Shown: positions 27,566 through 33,789 of the stretch, piece after piece
Position numbering within the stretch: the first letter of the stretch is position 1
How the letters are laid out: every line of letters starts with the position of its first letter
Assembly: GCA_040143965.1 (NCBI GenBank)
Contig: JASJQH010000070.1
Location: 1 to 33,789 of the forward strand
Origin: Basidiobolus ranarum
Lineage: Eukaryota
DNA length: 33,789 nt
Reading direction: 5' to 3'
Translations under genes and position numbers: made by a program
The notes under the pieces: model-generated
The model's input: only the letters and a program-made list of their open reading frames with translations
What the model was told of the DNA's origin: nothing
Database searches by the model: none

Positions 27566-28337
27566 ATTCAAAATCTAAAATTTAATATGAGGAGACTTCG
27601 AAAGGGATAAAATAAGGGTGACTGGAGAAAGAAGAGAGAATTGTTACAGACAAGTCAAGGTTTGGAAAGCACTCTTTAACTGCTGGGCGAAATTGCTTAC
27701 GATATCCAGAATAAACCAATCGAAATGATTCTAGAATTTTGTGGTAGTGATACTTAACACTAGTTGACAGAGATTTCTCTTGAATTATGAAGTGAATTGT
27801 CAGAAAACATCGCAATCTGTTGCGTCATCGAAATGCTCCCTACTTTGTTACGCAGGCCCAAATTACCGCAATTGAGATTGGTCATGATTTAGATCTTATA
27901 AGAAAGAAATAGAAACTCTCTTTTGATTTGGTTAATTTTATGATGGCCTGCGTGACAACCTATATGATGGCTTTAGAGTGAAAGTTGAGTGGATTTTCGC
28001 ATTCAAAAATATTGCCTAGGTTTATCTAGTGGGAATATTTCACAAGTTGTGTATTAACAACGGGTATTTTATAAGCAGAAATATTAGTGATGTTCAGAAA
28101 AAGGGAATCTTCGAAGTTGAAATTGTAGCCGTTCACTATACAACTTTTCTACCTTATTATCAATTACAGGTACGAAATATATATGGGAGGAGCTATGTAA
28201 ATATTAGGCCAAATCTACGGAGTAAGACATGCAGTTGATTTGGTAGTAGTTCCTAACAAGAGTTCCATATAGAGCTAAAGAAGAATCCTTGTCAAAAGAG
28301 GAAGAGAGAATTATCGAGGAATTAAACTAGAATGAGA

Positions 28338-30352
28338 TCAAAAATGAAACCTAGAAACAGACAAGGAAGGTGAAAGAGGAGGGTGTGTTCGTGAGGGAGA
28401 GGATGGCGTAGAAGCTGAGGGCCTCAGAAGTGTTAATTGACTGATGATACGGGGACCGTCGCTTAGCCCAACAGATTCAAGGCTGGAGCGATGGGCTAGT
28501 TTCGAGTTTAATGGAGACTGAGATGCAGCCTCTCTGCGGCTGGACCATTCGTGGAGATGTATTTTCATATTCTCATAGCTTGACATTTGTTGACTTATTT
28601 CTGAATAACGGCGCTGTAGCACTTTTGTTTGGTCAACGTGTCCTCGCTCTTCGTTAAGCCAGTGGTCTCGTTCAATTCTATGAGATGTTTCTATTTCTGA
28701 GAGTTTCTTTCTCAGAAGCTCGGCCGATTGAGTTGACTCTTGGATCTCCTCACGCAACTGTGAGACAGATTCTTCTAATTTTTGTTTGTTCATCAGTAAC
28801 GTTGTTACCAGATTTTCCGAATTGGATAATGCAACTTTAATAGAGTTAAGTTCCTGGTCAAGAGTATCGTTGCGAGAAGACATCAGTTTAATTTGTTCTT
28901 GAAAATTTCGATTTTCTTCAAGCAGTTGATCTCTTTGAGCGGTAGTTTCGGATAGAAGTAACAGTTTCTCATGTTTCTCACTCAATAGGGACTCTTTCGA
29001 GTTAACTTGTTGTCGTAGTCCTTCATTTTCTAGAGTCAGGGATTCCACTGTTTCTTCAAGATTGCTTTTTTCCTCAAGGAGTTGTAATTTTTCGCTCATG
29101 AATTCATCGATTTCACTCATTTTATCTATTAGCTTTTTGCGCATCTCTAAGTTTTCTTGATCAGAGTTAACATAGTTTGAGCGAAGTGATTCCAGCTCAT
29201 GGATGGTGTCTTTCGCTTCTTTAAGCTGTTCTTCTAGAAGCATGCATCGTTTTACGTAGGCTTCTAATTGTCGCGAGTTATTCACGGTCGAAGGCTGGCA
29301 GTATTGGTAGAATTCGAAGATGTTAGTGAGCTATAAATCATTCCAATAAACGCCATTTCATTTTATTCCACTTACCGGGATGCTATTGAGTTGTCTGGTT
29401 AGCCCTTCGGCTATTTGCTTTAGTTTGTCAAGCTCATGACCTGTCTGCGTCGCTGTATCAACGTCATCCTATTATAGCTTAGTAAACCTTCATCAATGTA
29501 GAGCATTGTCGGAAAAATAGTTACTTGGAGTTTCGCTACAATTCCAGGAATCCTTGCTTGGTTTGAGCTGGGGTGTACATCATCTATGGTTTGTCTTGCG
29601 TCTGTCTTGGCCTGCAAAATAATCAATATTAGTACTCAAATCTACATAATTGTAGCAGAAATACGATAATACTTTTCTGATAGTGTCTGGAATCTCGTCC
29701 ATTAACTGACTGCATAGGTGGTTGATAAGTTTAGTGGTTGGTTACTAATTACTTCAAAATAATGGCAACCTGGCTTTACCTGAGTCGAGGTGTTGTCTTA
29801 GTATGGCTTTTTTCGTCTCTCTTGGGGTTCAATAGTGGGTCATGAAGTATCATTACTTTACAGGTAATCTTTTTGTGGTCTTTGATCAACGTTAGCTTAG
29901 GTCATTCCACATCAAAATAGAAATTTACCATTGCTATCTGATTCGACATTAATCCCGAATTCCAAAGTATCACCCGTTTTCAGTTCGAAAGCACTACTTT
30001 CACAAGACTCGGGAGATAGTCTTTCGCCATTCAAATAAGTTCCATTACTTGATTTGAGGTCTTTAATATAAACCTAGAGATTTCGATAGTTTAATATGGA
30101 AAATACATTAAAGTGAAGCAAATATAGGCTTACTTTTCCATTTTCATACCAAACTTCTGCATGAATTCGAGAAAGAACTTGGCTACTAAAATATCCATTC
30201 CGAGACTCTGCCAAGGTTTTTGAAGAAACTTGGCGACCTATCTTTACTCTATCAAACAATTCAAGGTTTTTTCTAGTGAAAGTATCATTCAAAGATTCTA
30301 GTATAAGGGTCGGAGGTAGGTCATTAGCATCAGTGACGCTAAAAGGTCGCAT
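28338..30352 (-). CDS. FHA-domain coiled-coil protein, SLMAP/Vps64/Far10-like (STRIPAK component)
   Basis: The spliced FHA domain KIGRQ...NGYFSSQVLSRIHAEVWYENGK|VYIKDLKSSNGTYLNGERLS...GDTLEFG is followed by short exons and a long heptad-rich exon (about 29294-28338). Confidence 0.8.
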
Positions 30353-31047
30353 ACTTCTCCTAGAAGCTGAATGAAAGTTGGTATGTTCAATATTCTATGC
30401 AAGTTGGAGTGTGGATTAAGCGTAACTCACATTGTCTTCGCACTGGAGCAGCTTCCCCGCTCTTATCACCAAATACTTTGTAAAATGCAACTGTAGACAT
30501 GGTTTATTGTGTGTTATGGTAAGAAAGGTTAGAGTAGAAGTGACTACTTTCACAAGAGAAGGTCGAGTTATTATTATTACTGTAACTTGAAACAGATCAC
30601 TTAATAGAATAAAGCAATTTAATCTACCTGGATACCAAATTAGTAACCATTTGAGGCTTGGATTCCTTAATTCAATCTCTAGAAATACTCCGATTTGAAT
30701 GGATCTTCCGCCTCTTTGTCTGCAGATATTCCGGTATCGTTGCTTAGTAGCGTTACTCACATAACCCACCTGCATATACACCCCTGCTCATTTGTTAGTT
30801 TCTAACTCGTGTCATCAGGACAAGATAATGCTAGTTAACATGTTCCATCCAGCCATCAATAGATAAACAGTGTTGGGTATTGTTCTTAGCTTTGAGTACT
30901 TTGTTGATACACATTATCCTACCATGTTATATACTGTGCCAGTATCCAAAGTTATACCTTTCAGGATATCAGTAATTATTTACTTGGTGGAATATAATGA
31001 TTCTCTCTTCTTGGACCAAGTGATGCCAAATCTCTTATCTTAGAATT

Positions 31048-31293
31048 GTTGAAATCAGCATTGCCTAAACACCTATATAGTCGTATATGTTGAAGTTAGC
31101 ATTGTCTAAACACCTATATAGTCATATATGTTGAAGTTGGCATTGTCTAAACACCTATATAGTCATATATATTGAAGTTAGCATTGTCTAAACACCTATA
31201 TAGTCATATATGTTGAAGTTAGCATTGTCTAAACACCTATATAGTCATATATGTTGAAGTTAGCATTGTCTAAACACCTACATAGTCATATAT
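31048..31293. repeat. Minisatellite, 6 x 41 bp
   Basis: Head-to-tail copies of gttgaagttagcattgtctaaacacctatatagtcatatat starting at 31048, 31089, 31130, 31171, 31212 and 31253, with no spacers. Confidence 0.97.
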
Positions 31294-32326
31294 AGCTTAG
31301 TACTTAAGTATCTTATATTTCACAAAGATGTTACCCATTATTCTCAATTGGAATTTCCATAGAATATTGATACCACCTTAGAAGTTCCCACATATATATA
31401 TATTTTTCAAACTTGTGCCAGAAGCCCCAAACTTTGCACACATGTTTCTGAGACCTTCCTTAACACATTCTATGAATTAGTTTGTTTACATCTTGACAAA
31501 AGTATTAATGTCAACTTTCTACTCAATAAATCAACAAATGAATCACAAATTTCTCTAATTCTCCAAACCACTTCCAACAGGCTCCCAAATATCTTAACAG
31601 TTTTCCTATGAGATTTCTACTTTCATGAGCCCAAGTAATTTTGGGTTGTTGCATAGGCTTAATGGTCCAACACATATTCTGCTCTGCTAGATTGTCACAG
31701 CAATGTTCATATGTATGCTGTGAGATAGATTGAAATCCCTTATGAGAATGGACAGAGAGAGCAGCATGTTGCTATAGCTCAAATACAGCATTCTGAAGGT
31801 CTCGCATCATTGTTGAGTGACTCTCAAACTGATGACTAGTTGCTTCTGAACACTGTATTAATTGCAATATTGTGGCTTTATTGCTTGTCATGGCCTGTAT
31901 AGCAACTTTGTAGTTTTTACTTTTGATCACATACAAATCACTACAGTGTTCTGCCTGAGATTCCCTTATTGTAATTGTTGAAATCAACATTGCCTAAACA
32001 CCTATATAGTCATATATAGCTTAGTACTTAGTTATCTTATATTTCACTAAGATATTATCCATCATTCTCAATCCAAATTTACTTAGAATATTTTTACCAA
32101 CTTAGAAGTTCTCAGATATGTATATTTTTCAAACTTGTGCTAGAAGCCCCAAACTCTGCACACATGTTTCTGAGACCTTACTTAACACATTCTACATGTT
32201 AGTTTGCTTACATCTTGACAAAGCTATAAATGTCAACTTTTCTATTCAATAAATCAATAAGTGAAAACCACCAATTCCTCTAATTCTCCAAACCACCTCC
32301 AACAGGCTCCCAAATACTTTAACAGT
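31253..32326. repeat. Diverged ~350-bp direct repeat (31253-31601 and 31977-32326)
   Basis: Collinear shared blocks such as agcttagtactta, ttttcaaacttgtgc, agaagccccaaact, cacacatgtttctgagacctt and ccaacaggctcccaaata. Confidence 0.92.
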
Positions 32327-33150
32327 AATAATTCTATCCAAATTGTCTACAGAGGGGTGTTCCATAGTTAGCAAAGTAGGCATTTTGGAAGTTGATGGTC
32401 TTGATAGTGTTTCTGTTGAACTTTGCTCAATTATTGATTTACTATGTAATTGGAGGATTGAAATATCTTCACTTGCACTATTGCTAGAAAGGAACACATC
32501 TGGTAAATTGAATAATGCTTCAGCATTGCTTGAGTTAGTTTCTGGCATGTTAATGCCTTACAAAGTGGATAGTGGATAACTAAACTGCTTGTCAATTGAG
32601 CCCTCTGTTATTGCTGATTTCTTCCTTTTGTGCCAGCAGGCTTTTGCTTGGAAGCCAACTTTGATTTAGATTTTGAATGGTTTTTGAATGGCATTGAGAT
32701 TTTCAGATGTTAAACTTGGTGTAATGGAATTACATAGAAACAGCTTATAATAAACCAAAATTGCCATCCATTACTGGAAATATCTTGCAAATCCCCTGAT
32801 GACGCATCTGTGGCACTGTATCAGAATCAGCTGATGTTATTGATTCAATATTGTTAGATAATTAATCCTTATTCAACTTCTTAGTTACCTTTAGTTGTGA
32901 TACATATATCAGAAACAGAAAGCATCATAACTATAGCCCCTATATTCTAAATAGGAATCAATCTATATTTATATAACAAGTATGTCTTATTACCCCCACT
33001 TATCTATTATATCTTAGTACACAAACTCCTGAATATCTCAAACAATTGATTCACTTTTCTACTGTTTAAGTCTTCATATACTCCTAAGAATAAAGTAACT
33101 AAAACACACTTTCATAAGTTGCTTCTAATACACAAAGTTCACCCTCACTA

Positions 33151-33570
33151 TGTCAAGATCCTGCATCAAATATACCTAAAGTACCACCCTTACATAGTAT
33201 GTGTTCTTTTTTCCACAATATCCTTCTCATGCTGCAACAGAAATATAATATACTGAATAGGGAATATACTGTGGCAAGTTCAAGTGTCAGGGTGTTGGGG
33301 ACTACAAGGACCAATACAAAGAGGGATGATGTAAGGATGATCAGATGACCTTCCATGAAAGGTCTTGGCAGAAATACACTATGTGTGGGATGACATGCTT
33401 GGTTAGGTTTCATGGAATGTTCCAAAGAACATGACTTCCATATAAGGTAACCTGGATGAACTAACACAAGATTGCCAGGAAGGGATGGCTCAGCAGATAT
33501 GATGTTGTAATCTAATAATAGAAGAGTTCTATTTGCAGTGGATCAGTATGCTGAGATCAGAATCATGACA
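33151..33570 (-). mobile_element. 3' LTR (420 bp) of a Ty3/Gypsy chromovirus
   Basis: On the minus strand it starts TGTCATGAT right after a polypurine tract (AAAGAAGGGGATAC, 33571-33584). It ends ATCTTGACA at 33151, giving TG...CA termini with a 9-bp imperfect inverted repeat. Confidence 0.8.
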
Positions 33571-33582
33571 GTATCCCCTTCT

Positions 33583-33789
33583 TTAGTGATGGCTTCTAGA
33601 TATCATAGGGCCAGGTTTTTCTGGGTAGGCTTCATGAAACTCCTGGCAAAGTTCCTTGGAATTGGAAAGATTTGTTGCTGGCTCCCATGATTGATCATTT
33701 GTTGAGTATCCCTTCCAGTCCACTAAATATTGCAATTTATGTCAATAAATTCTGGAATCTAGAATTTTGCTAACTTCATATTCAGTGTT
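33583..33789 (-). pseudogene. Integrase C-terminal chromodomain of a chromovirus pol, inactivated and running off the window
   Basis: NTEYEVSKILDSRIY*HKLQYLVDWKGYSTNDQSWEPATNLSNSKELCQEFHEAYPEKPGP, with an in-frame TGA at 33742-33744. Confidence 0.9.

Noticed and set aside
30416-30781. 121-aa ORF upstream of the FHA gene
   Set aside because: It has a non-ATG start and no homology pattern, and it contains donor-like sites. It is more likely the leader or promoter of the FHA gene.
31048-31293. CRISPR-like array
   Set aside because: The units are head-to-tail with no unique spacers, there are no cas genes, and the context is eukaryotic. It is a minisatellite.
33146-33150. CACTA as the terminus of a CACTA DNA transposon
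   Set aside because: It is only a 5-mer with no matching TIR or transposase seen. It is better explained as the LTR target site.
33153-33467. 104-aa ORF as a gene
   Set aside because: It lies entirely within the LTR and has no recognisable motif.

Overview
Gene-dense, intron-rich eukaryotic DNA. The short GT-AG introns with CTAAC/CTAAT branch sites and the gene set point to a fungus, probably an early-diverging lineage (inference). Reading through the introns by hand gives 12 protein-coding genes: a 5'-partial FUSC/ArAE (ALMT-like) membrane protein, an intronless secreted GH46 chitosanase, an intronless tubby/DUF6593-like protein, a HINT3-like HIT protein, eIF3 subunit L, V-ATPase subunit C (VMA5), a VOA1/Ac45-like V-ATPase accessory protein, CBP80/NCBP1, USP48, a Whi3/Scw1-like RRM protein, CDC48/p97 and an FHA coiled-coil protein (SLMAP/Vps64/Far10-like). 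The last ~3 kb is almost CpG-free repeat DNA. It holds a 6x41-bp minisatellite inside a ~350-bp duplication and the decayed 3' end (chromodomain, PPT, 420-bp LTR) of a Ty3/Gypsy chromovirus. The most notable observations are a clear U12-type AT-AC minor intron in CBP80, a possible non-canonical GA-AG intron in VMA5, a HIT protein whose catalytic triad is changed to H-L-S-M-Q, a bacterial-type GH46 gene, and two V-ATPase genes side by side. I found no prokaryote-style novel system such as a CRISPR array or defence island. All family calls come from motif recognition, not database searches.
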